Source: the human T2T-CHM13v2.0 reference genome, Homo sapiens
DNA: 64,000 bases
Assembly: GCF_009914755.1 (NCBI RefSeq)
Contig: NC_060925.1
Strand: one strand, 5' to 3'
Notes under the pieces: generated by a model
What the model saw: the letters and a program-made list of their open reading frames with translations, nothing else
Database searches by the model: none
What the model was told of the DNA's origin: nothing
Shown: positions 31,853 to 47,059 of the stretch, piece after piece
Position numbering within the stretch: position 1 is the stretch's first letter
Layout of the letters: each line of letters starts with the position of its first letter
Made by a program: the position numbers and the translations under genes

Positions 31853-32169
31853 CAGCTGGTCTAAAGAGCCCAGCAAAAAGCTGACTCAGGAAATAATGCA
31901 GGTTCCACATCCCACATCCCGGTGACTTCATCCCCCTTACCCTGACCAATTGACAACCCAAATTTTCTAGCCCCTCACCCTCCATGATCCCCTTAAAGTC
32001 CCTTGCCCAGAACCCCTTCACAGAACAGATTTGGGGCTTGAGAATCCTCCCATTTCCTTGTTTGGTGCCCTTGCATTGATTAAAGTTTTTCTTTGCTGCA
32101 AACTCTACTGTCTCAGTGTATTGGTCTATTGCTAGACAGTGGGCATGTGAACCTGATAGTGTTATAACA
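31304..32169 (+). mobile_element. 3' LTR of the provirus, interrupted by an Alu monomer and (CA)n
   Basis: Purine tract GGGAGGAA before TGAAAC; ATTAAA at 32079-32084; ends TATAACA; Alu-derived insert and CA repeat at about 31585-31851. Confidence 0.82.
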
Positions 32170-32520
32170 AAATAGAATAGAAGCTATTTACAAAATCGAT
32201 CCATGCATGTGAGTCTATTTCTGGACACCATTTTCTCTTCTATTCTTCTGTGTGTTTATCCTTTCACCAGTGTCAGGAGATCCTTTTACTCACTGTAGCT
32301 TTTTCTAAGTCTTAAAATTTGGTAATGTGAGCTTTTCAACTTCTCTTATCTTTTGAAGAATTGTGTAGCTATTTTAGTCCCTTTGCCTTTCTGTATGACT
32401 TTAGAATCAGCATGTCCATATGTGTAAAACATTGTGCTTGGTTATTCACTAGAAATGGGACACACTCATAGATGAATCTGGGGAGAACTGACATGTAACA
32501 GTATTAAATTGTTCAGTCCA

Positions 32521-32874
<354 letters not shown>

Positions 32875-33778
32875 TTACACTAGTTTTTTTTGTGTGATTT
32901 TCAGCATACAGATCCTGTATTTTATTAGATTTATCACTAAATATTTTGTTTTTCATGCTTCAGCTACAAATTCAATTTGTTTAATAGATATAATTTATTA
33001 ATGCTACCTAATCCTTCTTCAGTGAGCTGTGACAGTTTGTGGCTTTAGTAAGTTTCTAGTTCATTCAAGTTATTGAATTTATTGACATGGCATTATTCAG
33101 AATATTTCTTTATTTTTCTTTTAATATATGTAAAAACCATAATGATGTCATTTCTGTCATTGCTGTTATAAGCAATTTGTGTCATCTTTTTTTCTGATTC
33201 AGTCTGTCTAAGGTTTCTCAATTATAGAGATCTAAAATAACAAGCTTTTGGTTTCCTTGTTTATATACATATTTACTTATTATTTCATCTCTGATCTTTA
33301 TTGTATTATTTCTTCTGCTTACTTTGAGATTAATTTTTTCTACTTTTTCTAATATCTAATGGTAGAGGCTAAGGTTACTGAAGTGGAACACTGCCATTTT
33401 CTGTCCCAGGTATTTAGTGACACCAATTTATTTCATACTGCTCTAGTGTCATTCCACAACTTTTGATATGTAGTTTGGCTGGAGTAGGGAGTTTGGCTGG
33501 AGTAGGGTGAGTATACCATAAAAGATTTACTGTGTTTTTTGGAGGCAGGTGGGGAGAGGGAATTATTGCCAAAAGGTGGGTTATTTTATGTATTTATTTT
33601 TTTAACTCCACTCTGTATTTTAGCTAAGAGAAGCAGCTTTGGAACTTCTGAAGTCTGTACATCTCTGTGGCCCCCAAGGATTACTTGTTTTAAATTTTGT
33701 TTTAATAGTCTAAGTTTATCATGGGTCAACTTGATTCTTTCAAGGCTTATTTTTAAGCTTTTAAAAGGCTGGTTTAGC

Positions 33779-35547
33779 GGCTGCCTGGAGCGGAGCGCTG
33801 CGAGAGCTGCGCGGCGCGCCCAGGTTCCAGCCGGCTCCGCTCCGGGTCCCCCAGTGCTCGCTGGCTCCCCGCTTGAGCCAGCCCGCCCGCCCAGCGCTAG
33901 GGGCCAAGGAGCGAACCGCACCTGCGATCCGATTGTCCGGGGCACGCCGTAGAGGATGGGAGGACCCATGAGGCGCTAGCCTGCGAAGGTGGCGGTGCTG
34001 CTGCTCCGGCTGCTCTTGGAGTTGCATGTACACGACGTGGCAGACTTTCCAATGGGAGGATTGTGGATTCTGATGACATAGGAAACTGCATCTTCCAGAC
34101 ATTGCCACAGAAAGCACACAGACTTTGGAAACCAGCAGACCTGAAGTCAAATGTCGACTTTCAGCTTGCTCCTGTGTCACCTTTGTAAGTTAATTCACCT
34201 CTCTGAGACTTTAGTTTGCTCATTTATAAACCACCTAACTCCCAGGGTTCTTATGATGTTAAGTGAGATTTCATATGAAAAGCACCTAGTGGATTACAGG
34301 CATTCCATGTATGGCAACTACTGTTTTTGCCTTCTGAATGAGCTGGAATTAAAAGAGTCTCTACATCATTGGACATTTAGGGAAATGCCAATTAAAATCA
34401 CGATGAGCTACCAGTACAGCATCAGATGGCTAATATCAAAAAACAGATAATAAGTGTTAGTGACGATGTAGAGAGACCGGAGCCCTCTTACATTGTTGAT
34501 GGGAATGTAAAGTAATGCAGCTGCCTTGGAAAACAGTTTGACAGTCTCTCAACAAGTTAGGTAAGGAGTTACCGTGTGACCTGGCAGTTCCACTCCAGGT
34601 CTTGGAGTGGTCTTGGAGTGGCATGTACCCATTCTGCTTTTCTTGGTATGTACCCAAGAAATTAAGACATTTGTCCATGCGAAGATCTGTATGCAAATGG
34701 ATGTAGCAGCCTTATACATAATAGCCAAAATGCAGTATCAACCCAGATGCCCATGAGCTGGAGAATGGATAAACAAAATGTGGTGTCTTCATAGAATATT
34801 GCTCAACACTAGAAAGGAATGAATTTCTGGTATATGCAGCAACATACAATCCAGACATAAGAGACTATAAGTTGTATGATTTTCTTTAATTGAACCATAT
34901 AGCAAAGGCAAGACTATGGATAAAGATACAAAGCAGATCAGTATTGCTTGCGGGCTGGGATAGGAGTTGGAATTGACTGCAGAACAACATGAGGGAACTC
35001 TGTGAAGTGAAGGAAGGGTTCTGAAGTTGGATTGGGGTGTTGGAGGCACAGCTGTATACATTTCCTAAAACACATCAAACTATACCTTGAAAATGGGTGG
35101 TTTTAGAGTGTATAAAGTAAACTGAGCTAGAACTTGGATCACCTGATCCAAGTATCATAAATTGTGATTTATATTGATAATTATGTTTAAAAGATACCAT
35201 GGTTTTCAGAATGCTTGTGCTCAGTGGGCATGAGTAGGAGCTCCTGAGTGCCCGTGTGTGTTGGGTATTGCAGTTAATCCAGTCCTTTGCACTCATTGAG
35301 GACTCTTACGTGTCCCTTGTCTCTTGCCACAACAGCCTCTATCACCAGAAATGAAGGCTTCAGTAGAGAGATATTTTAAAAAGAAATCACACCATCCAAA
35401 TACAACACTGTGAATTTAGGCTTATGCTGTTACATTCTTTCTCCTATGAATATGTTTATTTTTACGTTGTTGAAATTAAATATACATAATGTGTTTTAAA
35501 TTAACTATATGCAATAAACATTTTCCAGGATGTTAAAAAAATAAAAA
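33779..35547 (+). pseudogene. Processed retrocopy of an unidentified transcript (CpG-rich 5' end, repeat-containing 3' part, poly(A))
   Basis: Abrupt GC-rich start directly after an L1 endonuclease-type site TTTT/AAAAGGCTGGTTTAG; AATAAA at 35513-35518 and A-tract at 35535-35547; contains MIR-like (about 34115-34325) and old L1 (about 34365-35115) sequence. Confidence 0.65.
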
Positions 35548-35548
35548 T

Positions 35549-38520
<2,972 letters not shown>

Positions 38521-40354
38521 TGTGAAGAGGGTATTATTGCCAAAATGTGGATTTTTTTTTTTTAACTACACTCTGTATTTTGGCTAAGAGAAGCAGCTTT
38601 GGAACTTCTCAAGTCTGTACATCTGTAAGACCCCAAGTATTACTTGTTTTAATTTTTTTTTTAAGTCTAAGTTTGTTATGGGTCAACTTAGTTCTTTCAA
38701 GGCTTATTTTTAAGCTTTTAAAAAGCTGGTTTAGGGAGGCTAGAACTGTGTCCCAGTTCTAGCCTCTGGGTAAACCGCAGAGATAGTTTGTTCAGAATAT
38801 TAAGCTGCTTCTGATGTCTCTACTAAATGACCTAGATGTTCAAACGAGTCTTTCTACTCCGATTGATTCCATTTAAATGTCTCCCTGTGTTGTGTGTGCT
38901 CTGCGAATCCTTTACCTTTTTGTTCTCTGGTAGTGTTCTTCATCTGATAGGTATCCTTGGTCCATTCTTGGGGAGTTTTACTCTACTCTCCAGAGTGTCA
39001 ATATTCATCCAAATAATCTAGGGAGTTGTTGTGGAAATTTGTAGAGCCCTTTCACTCCATAGTTTCTTCTTTTCTGACTCTCTTTCCTGCAGATTCTAGT
39101 GACCTCATCTTCTTTGGGAACATTGAGTTTTGTTTCTTCTACTCAGCAAGTCTGCCATTTTCTGCTTGAATTCTCCTTCTCCGTGCGGCTGTTTGGAAAT
39201 TTTCTCCCAGCATAAAGTCACTTTGATGATGGAATTCATCTCATTGTCACTTTTTATCTGGAATTAGGTGCTTCCTGCTTTCCAATGTCTGAAAATGTTA
39301 TTTTCATCTATTTGGTTCCATTTCCTTATTTGTGGCTGGAACTCTGTTTTACTTGATTATTCTTGCCTGAGCTTTTACCTTTTTAAATTGTCTCTACTGT
39401 TTGTTTTCTATTTGATTTCTACTTATATTTGAATTTGTTTCAAAATTTATACTCATGCTGTATTTTGTTTGCTTTCTTTGTTATAATTTATTATAAATAA
39501 TAATTTATTTTCAGTTTTACTCTTTTCTTTTATAGCTATGTAATGATAAATTTCCCTCTAAGCACTATTTGAGTGTCATCTCACCAAGTTTTATTTAATA
39601 TGTTTTTATTATCATTCAATTCAAAATATTTGATGTTTCCTCTTCCAATTTTCTCCTTATCCATGAGTTATTTATAAATGAAGCTGATTTCTGGGAGGCA
39701 ACCTAGGAACCAACAGTAATTTCTATCATCAGTTTACAGAGACAGTAATGTCCACTCTTTCAAGTTAAGTACTACATAATTTGAAGAATCATCATTTTGG
39801 CCTTTCAAGATAAATAAATCTGTTACTGTCTCTCATCTTCTTTGAACTCCACATGTCCATTTACTTTGAAGCACACAGTAAGAATGGCATTTCAAATTCT
39901 TGGAGCCAAAGGCTATGACAATTATTTTGGCAGATTTTCTAAGATCATCACGGGATCTCAGACACTCCAATTGGTTAAATGAGTTTTGGAATTGCCTAAA
40001 AGATCTAAAATAGGCAAGATTAAAAAGTCTTAAGAAATAATACTCATTGTCTATTGAGTTCTGACATGCTGTAGAATTCCAAATCCATTAGACCAACAGA
40101 TTTCCAATAATTTCTTAGAAATAATTGTAAGAGTCTTAAATAATGCCTTGTTTTAGAAAATGATGGAGAGTCTTGATGTAATGTCTTTGGCAACTCAGAA
40201 CTTATTTTCTTTGACTTAAGTATCTGAATGCTTATGATTATCCAAGTTTTCAGTTACAAATCACTCATTATTTTTTATATTTGCATATTATTTACATTCT
40301 TATAAAATGTTATTGAACATATGCTTGTCTTTTTCTTATTCTCTTCCTTTTTAG

Positions 40355-40537
40355 AAACATGTTCCAAATCAAGTATCGATATTGAGAATGGGTTTATTTC
40401 TGAATCTCAGTATATATATGACTTACATAAACAAGCAAAATATCAATGCAAACTAGGATATATAACAGCAGATGGTGAAACATCAGGATCAATTACATGT
40501 CAGAAAAATGGATGGTCAGCTCAACCCACATGCGTTA
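40355..40537 (+). pseudogene. Pseudogene exon: CFH-SCR8-like, open frame, intact splice sites
   Basis: ttttag|AA ACA TGT...; [61 protein letters not shown]; 4 Cys and Trp retained; donor GTAATT; 183 nt, phase 1-1. Confidence 0.92.
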
Positions 40538-41171
40538 GTAATTTATTATGTTTGTATTGATTATCCAGATGATACACAAAAGTTTACTAACTTTAGTCTT
40601 TTTATGGGGGCTGATATAATTTCATTTGAAAACATAAGAAAAAAACTTTGAGGAACAAAGCAGACATCAATTTTTTTTTCCTTTTCACATTAATTACTCA
40701 AATATTAGTGTGCTTTTCCATTCAGGCTTTTCCCACTCTAAAGCATTCTGTGTTACAGAGACGAGTTAGGGAGCTTTATGTGTATTCTGGTTTAAACTTA
40801 TTTCTTTTTAGCTGAGACCTTTATAACTGTTGTATATACCTGTTTTATGTGATTAGCCTTCTATATCAAAGTCTTTCTCCTAGATATAAAAGTAATGTTT
40901 TTAATGAAGATATGGAGGCATAGTGCATAATATCAAAATAATTTAAACTCTATAATTTGTAGATTTGGCACTGTAGGATATGTCCAATTCTGAATATCTT
41001 CCCCCTTAGAAATTTTTTGCAAATATATAGGTAGTAGAGAGACAAAATATTTCTAGATGGTACCCATTTCTGCTCTATTGAAAGATTTCCCTACCATACT
41101 ATCTAAATATTTATGAAGATTTTCTAGGAACAGTTGGCTCAGTTTGTGCTATTTTTTGCAAAGCCACTCGG

Positions 41172-41366
41172 TAATATATGTATATTTATATATATATATA
41201 TCATATATATAAAGATATATATATTATATATTTATATTTATATATATGATATATATATTATATATTTATATTTATATATATATGATATATATTATATATA
41301 TATCATATATATATGATATATATATTATATATATCATATATATATGATATATATATGATATATATC

Positions 41367-41417
<51 letters not shown>

Positions 41418-41430
41418 GAGAGAGAGAGAG
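41172..41430. repeat. (TA)n-rich and (GA)n microsatellite derived from an Alu tail
   Basis: Directly visible; runs into the antisense Alu at 41430. Confidence 0.95.
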
Positions 41431-41660
41431 TCTTGCTCTGTCATCGTCCAGGATGGAGCACAGTGGCATGATCTTGGCTCACTGCAACTTCTGCCTTCCA
41501 TGTTCAAGCAATTCTCCTGCCTCAACCTCCTGAATAGCTGGGATTACAGGCACCTGCCATCTTACACCCACCTAATTTTTGTATTTTTAGTAGAGACAGG
41601 GTTTTGCCATGTTAGCCAGGCTGGTCTTGAACTCCTGACCTCCAGTGATCTGCCTGCCTC
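41428..41660 (-). mobile_element. AluS-like, 5'-truncated
   Basis: Antisense Alu body (GAGTCTTGCTCTGTC...GTGATCTGCCTGCCTC). Confidence 0.9.
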
Positions 41661-42089
41661 TCAGTAATATTAGTGAAGTAATGTTTAATATACTCACATT
41701 AAGTGAAGTTAATATTTAGGATATTCATGCATACTGTTTTCATTTCTTTTTTAAATGTCTATGCTTAATATGAGGTCTAGTTTACAAAAATGTTACTCAT
41801 CATAAAAAAATCTTAGTAAATTTTTATTAATTATTCTTTTAAGATTTTCTTATTATGAAAGAGAAAATGTCTTGTATAACAAAGGAATTCATCTTTTTAA
41901 TCCTTTTTTTCCCTTTTTACATATGTCTCAACTACAATTTAGCCTGGACTTTTAATGTACAAAATTCTGTTATGATTTTCTTTAAAATGTAATATACACC
42001 TGTAGTGACCTGTTTTATTACTAGCATTGTCATAAATGCTTTAGTATAAATGAATTAAGAAAAATGCTCTTAAAATAGATTTTGGGGCT

Positions 42090-42767
42090 TATCGGGGGAA
42101 ACCAGCCCCTGGCAATTCAATGTAGGTTCTTTTCTATTTCCCTAAGTGTCAGCTGGTCTGAGAAATAAAGGGAAAGAGTACAAAAGAGAGAAATTTTAAA
42201 GCTGGGTGTCCAGGGGAGACATCACATGTTGGCAGATTCCGTGATGCCCCCCAAGCTGCAAAACCAGCAAGTTTTTATTAGTGATTTTCAAAGGGGAGGG
42301 AATGTACGAATAGGGTGTGGGTCACAGAGATCACATGCTTCACAAGCCAATAAAATATCACAAGGCAAATGGGGGCAGAGCACCAGGACAAAATTAAAAT
42401 TGCTAATGAATTTTCAGGCATGCATTGTCATTGATAACATCTTATCAGGAGGCAGGGTTTGAGAGCAAACAACCCGTCTGACTAAAATTTACTGGGCGGG
42501 ATTTCCTCGTCCTAATAAGCCTGGGAGCACTACCCAAAACCAGGGCTTATTTCATCCCTTATCTGCAACCGTATAAGACAGACATTCCCAGAGCAGCCAT
42601 TTCAGAGATCTCCCCCTAGGAATGCATTCTCTTTCTCAGGGCTGTTCCTTGCTGAGAGAAAGAATTCAGTGATATTTCTCCTATTTGCTTTTGTAAGAAG
42701 AGAAATGTGGCTCTGTTCTTCCCAGCTCTCAGGCAGCCAGACCTAATGGTTATCTCCATTGTTCCTT
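42090..42767 (-). mobile_element. MER11-type (ERVK) LTR, truncated
   Basis: TATCGGGGGAAACCAGCCCC...GAGAAATAAAGGGAAAGAGTACAAAAGAGAGAAATTTTAAAGCTGGGTGTCC matches the antisense MER11 3' end as recalled. Confidence 0.8.
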
Positions 42768-43766
42768 ATTGTACCTTAAAATAATACATACCCCAAAACA
42801 CAAGTTTAAAAAGATTGAGATATCAAGAATATGCTGAAACTTTTGTACTCAGTATGATCCATTGTGAGTTATCAAAATCAGTATGCTACTCTAAACACAT
42901 GAAAATACAGACAGTGGAATGGGGTCCAGACATACTGGTTTGTTTTCATACGATCCTTAAATAATTAAGTTGGGTATTGGGAAGCAAAGGACGATAGAAT
43001 ATTAAAGTAACATGGACCCTGAGAGATATTCATTTATGATTCATCTGCTTGTGGAAGAACTTCAAACAATTTTCCAGTCTTTAATTTTAAAATTAGTGTT
43101 CTCGTTGTAAGAAGAGTATGTGTGTGATAGGAGATAGTATTATGACCATTTGTGGAAAAAAAACAACCTACCATGCTCAAACAGCAGGATTTTCAGAAGT
43201 AGAATAGTGTGCCAGATGTTTATTTTCAACGTGATGTCAACACGGCTCCTATCTTCATTTTCTTCTCCATTGCAGAAGATAAGTCTGAAACTACAGTTTC
43301 TGAAGCCTGTTTCTCCATAACTTGCTTCTTCCTTAGATTCCCCCATGAGATGTACTTAAAGAAGACTTGGAAGAAGAGAAAGACAAGGCATTATCTGTCA
43401 GCAGCTGCTGGTAGCAGCTGAGATCACCAACAGTAGCTTTCCTTGCTTCTGGAAGTTTTCCTGAGAAACATCCACTGCAGCACCATGGATAATTAGTGAG
43501 GGCATCACTAAGATTCCTGAACTTCAGAATTTTCTGGAAATAGCATTTCTGACCTTTGTCCCTCAATGCTTCCAATAGTTGCAGAAGCCTTTCATTCCCT
43601 GTATTAAAACTCTCTTTACTTAAAAAATAAGAAATAAAAATGAATTAATGTTTTATGTTACTTTTGGAGTTGGTCCATTACTGTCACTAAATAAAGCTGT
43701 ACATGTACATACCAGGGAATCAATTCCAGAGATGATTGTGAAACCACTAACAAGAATCATTGAAGC

Positions 43767-43810
43767 ATTTTGCAAAACTCTCTGAACTTTGATATTTACT
43801 AAGTGACCTT
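43767..43810 (+). promoter_or_regulatory. CFHR4: CFHR4 proximal promoter hepatocyte motif cluster (C/EBP-like, HNF4-like, FOXA-like)
   Basis: TTTTGCAAAA (43768-43777), TGAACTTTG (43783-43791), TATTTAC (43793-43799), about 150 bp before the ATG; CFHR4 is liver-expressed. Motif match only. Confidence 0.55.
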
Positions 43811-43937
43811 AAAGCCCTAGCTTTGTGGTAGTGCACTTAAATTCAGAATCACACTTGGTAACTAATAATGAAAGATTTCAAACCCCAAACAGTGCAACTG
43901 AAACTTTTGCATTACTATACTACTGAGAATATCTAAC

Positions 43938-43995
43938 ATGTTGTTACTAATCAATGTCATTCTGACCTTGTGGGTTTCCTGTGCTAATGGACAAG
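43938..43995 (+). CDS. CFHR4: CFHR4 exon 1 coding part (signal peptide MLLLINVILTLWVSCANGQ)
   Basis: ATG at 43938; donor GTAAGT at 43996; phase 1. Confidence 0.95.
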
Positions 43996-45474
43996 GTAAG
44001 TTGAAAGAGATCTAAACACTCAGCTTCCCTCTTAAATGTAACTTCGTGTAATATCTAACTTCATATGTCTATAATTTTTTTATAAATCTGATAGGATATA
44101 TTCACTATGCTAGCAGAAGTAGCATATTTTGTGAGAGTATAACAGAAATTAATTTTATGAAAAAATATCTCATAATTTAAAGAAAAAATGAATAATATTT
44201 TCTTTGTTTTACAAATTCTACAGTGTAAAAAGCATCTAATATTCATTATGGAGATATATGAATATACTCATAAAACTTTAAGTAGGAAACATGTCATTAG
44301 ATAGATTCTAACCTTAAAATGTTCAGAATTTTCTTATTCATAATACAAGGGAAACTTTGGGAGTGATTGATACTTTCATAATCTTACATACAGTGATTTT
44401 TTATTGATTCATATATCAAAACAGCAAATAAAATATTTTAAATTATGCCATTTCTTATATTTCTATTATACCTTAAGAAAGCTGCTACATCTAATTAACA
44501 TTAATATGAATTTAATATTTCAACAAGATTAGCAATATGTAAATCACAACATATATGTAATCAAAAAGCAGAATATATACTTAACTTACATTGGAATGAC
44601 AGTAAATTTTAATTTGCATTTCTGAGTTCACTAGCAAATGTTCAATAAATAAATACATAAATAATTTTCATAGCTTTATGTCATTGTTCTCTGATATGTT
44701 TTCTCCTCGATAGTCATGTATTTTCTATATTAACTATCTCTTTGAATGCAGGCCTTGCATATTAAAGAACTATATTGTATGTAACATTAGCAGTGGAACC
44801 ACATGGGTCAAAAATCATGGACAATCAAAGGTGTGTCACCATTAATGAAGAAAACAAATTTTATAATTATCCAAAACTTTATAATATTCCAACAAATGTA
44901 ATGGAGGATAATATTGGAAATCCCACTATCAATTATTGAGAGTATCTTTTCCCTCAGCCTCTCCTCTCAAAGCTATGCCACTTTATTTGATTCTAAGTAA
45001 ACAGCTTTAGGTTTTACAGTATTATCTATCACATGATTCGCTAGTTTTAATTGCTGTGCAAAATCAACCTTGATTTGTGCCAAAATGAAAAAAAAGGAAT
45101 TTCTCTTGTTATTCCCTTTGTTAACTAAACTGCTACAGGCACATTTTTTAAAATAAGGATTACATAGATTAAAGTAGAATGCAAAGCAGAAAAATAGAGA
45201 AAAACAGTACTATTTTGAAATGACTGAAATTAGATTAGAATAAGCTCTACTTTCTTAGTTACTTTCTCAAAAGCAGTATAAGAAAAGAATGCTGACAAAT
45301 TCTTTCTTATTTGATATTCCAGTTGAAAACTTTTCTCCTCCAATGAACTCTTTGTAAGAGTAAACTTGAGAAAAATGTCTTGTAAATTTGGGTCACACCT
45401 ATATTTCTCAAAGGAGAAAGTAACTCATTTAGTGGAATAACATCTTGGGTAGTGAGAAACATCTTTGTGAATTC

Positions 45475-45850
45475 AGTAGCATTGGCTCAACTGCATCCCT
45501 CCAAAATTTATTTGTAAAAGTCCAAATTCCCAATACCTGAGAATGTGACTGCATTTGAAGAAGGAGAGCTTAAAGATGTAATTAAGTTAAAGGTCAATGA
45601 TTCAGGTGGGACCTACTCCAATATAACTGGTGTCAATAAGAAGAGAAAATAAGGACACACCATATAGAGAAAGACCACGTAAGGCATAGAGAGAATACAA
45701 CCATTTACAAGGCAAAGGAAGAGGCCTCAGAAGAATGCAGCCCTGTTGACAGCCACATCTCAAAGTATTAGCCTCCAGAACTGTAAGAAAATAAATTTCT
45801 ATGAAATCTGTGGTACTTTCTTATGGTAGCACTAGAAGATAAATACAATG
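45475..45850 (+). mobile_element. MLT1-type solo LTR (paralog of 7550-7925)
   Basis: Same motifs and flanks as copy A. Confidence 0.75.
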
Positions 45851-46762
45851 ATTTTACACAATTTATTAAAAGAATATTAACTTAAAATAATTTTTTACTC
45901 TTTAATCATGGATACGTATATACCCACCATACATATTTTAGAGGGTATTTATCAGAATTTGATAATTATATCTTGGCTGTATTGTCTTCGCTGAGTTTTG
46001 TCTAGTTGAATACTTTATGTTTATATATACCTGTATTCATATCTATTCAGAATCTGGCAAAGCAAACCTGAGAAATATTTTTCATATGATTAATGAAGGA
46101 CATACTTTGTGAGTTGCCTATGCTAAGAAACTTTGTTTTTAATGGTAGTTGATGTTTCAGTTCTGAATAATAATTCTTTTGGAAGCCACGCTATTTGAAA
46201 AATAAACTTGACAGAAAATTAGTAATTGTAACCTATTATAATGTTCATTGAATTTGTATTGAGCATTATTTCTTCCATCAACTTGTAAGTTATTTACATT
46301 TAATTTAAAATAGGTTGTCAGGAAAATTATTTTAATTATGAATATCCTTTTAAAATTGTATAAATATTTCATTCATCTATTAGAGTTGCCATAACAAAGT
46401 ATCAAAGGTGACAATTAGTATTTTAGAGCAGGATTGCTTCTAAATCTCTTTCAAACTAGATCATTTTCAATACCCAGTGCATTACACTCTGTTGCCATTG
46501 TACTTCTTTGGGATGCTCAAATTAGTTTCAAATCTCACTAAGAAGCTGGTTTCTGTGTGTATTTCACGTGCCCCCATTAAGCTTTCGCATAACAAAAGGT
46601 TCCAGGCTTTCCTTGACTTTTCCTACTACACACCCAGTTCTAATAACTTCTCTATGAAACTCCAGTGCCTTCTAGTGGGAGAAACGATTTTTAGAAATGA
46701 ACCTAAACTATGAAAACCTCACTTCAGGTTCGAAAATGTCGTTTATTAAGAAAAAGAATTTT

Positions 46763-47059
46763 TGGCCAGTCATGGTGGCTGTAATCCCAGCAATTTGGAG
46801 GCCAAGTCGGGGAGATCACTTGAGGCCAGGAGTTTGGGACCAGCCTGGCCAACATGGTGAAACACTGTCTCTACTAAAAATTCAAAAAATTAGCCAGGTG
46901 TGGTGGCAAACACGTGTAATTTCAGCTACTCAGGAGCCTGAGGCAGGAGAATCACTTGAACCCGGGAGGTGGAGGTTGCAGTGAGCCAAGATCACTCTAC
47001 TGAACTCCAGCCTTGGCGACAGAGCAAGACTGTCTCAATAAATAAATAAGTAAATAAAA
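46763..47059 (+). mobile_element. Alu (paralog of 8867-9162)
   Basis: Alu dimer with the same flanks as copy A. Confidence 0.93.

Noticed and set aside
33539-34180. Overlapping 127-139 aa ORFs at the GC-rich patch as a novel gene
   Set aside because: They cross the insertion boundary into L1-derived flank; stop scarcity is explained by GC content.
43401-43422. Palindromic AGCAGCTGCT / tandem CAGCTG E-boxes (also about 5478-5500)
   Set aside because: Short motif; its presence in both copies is explained by the duplication.
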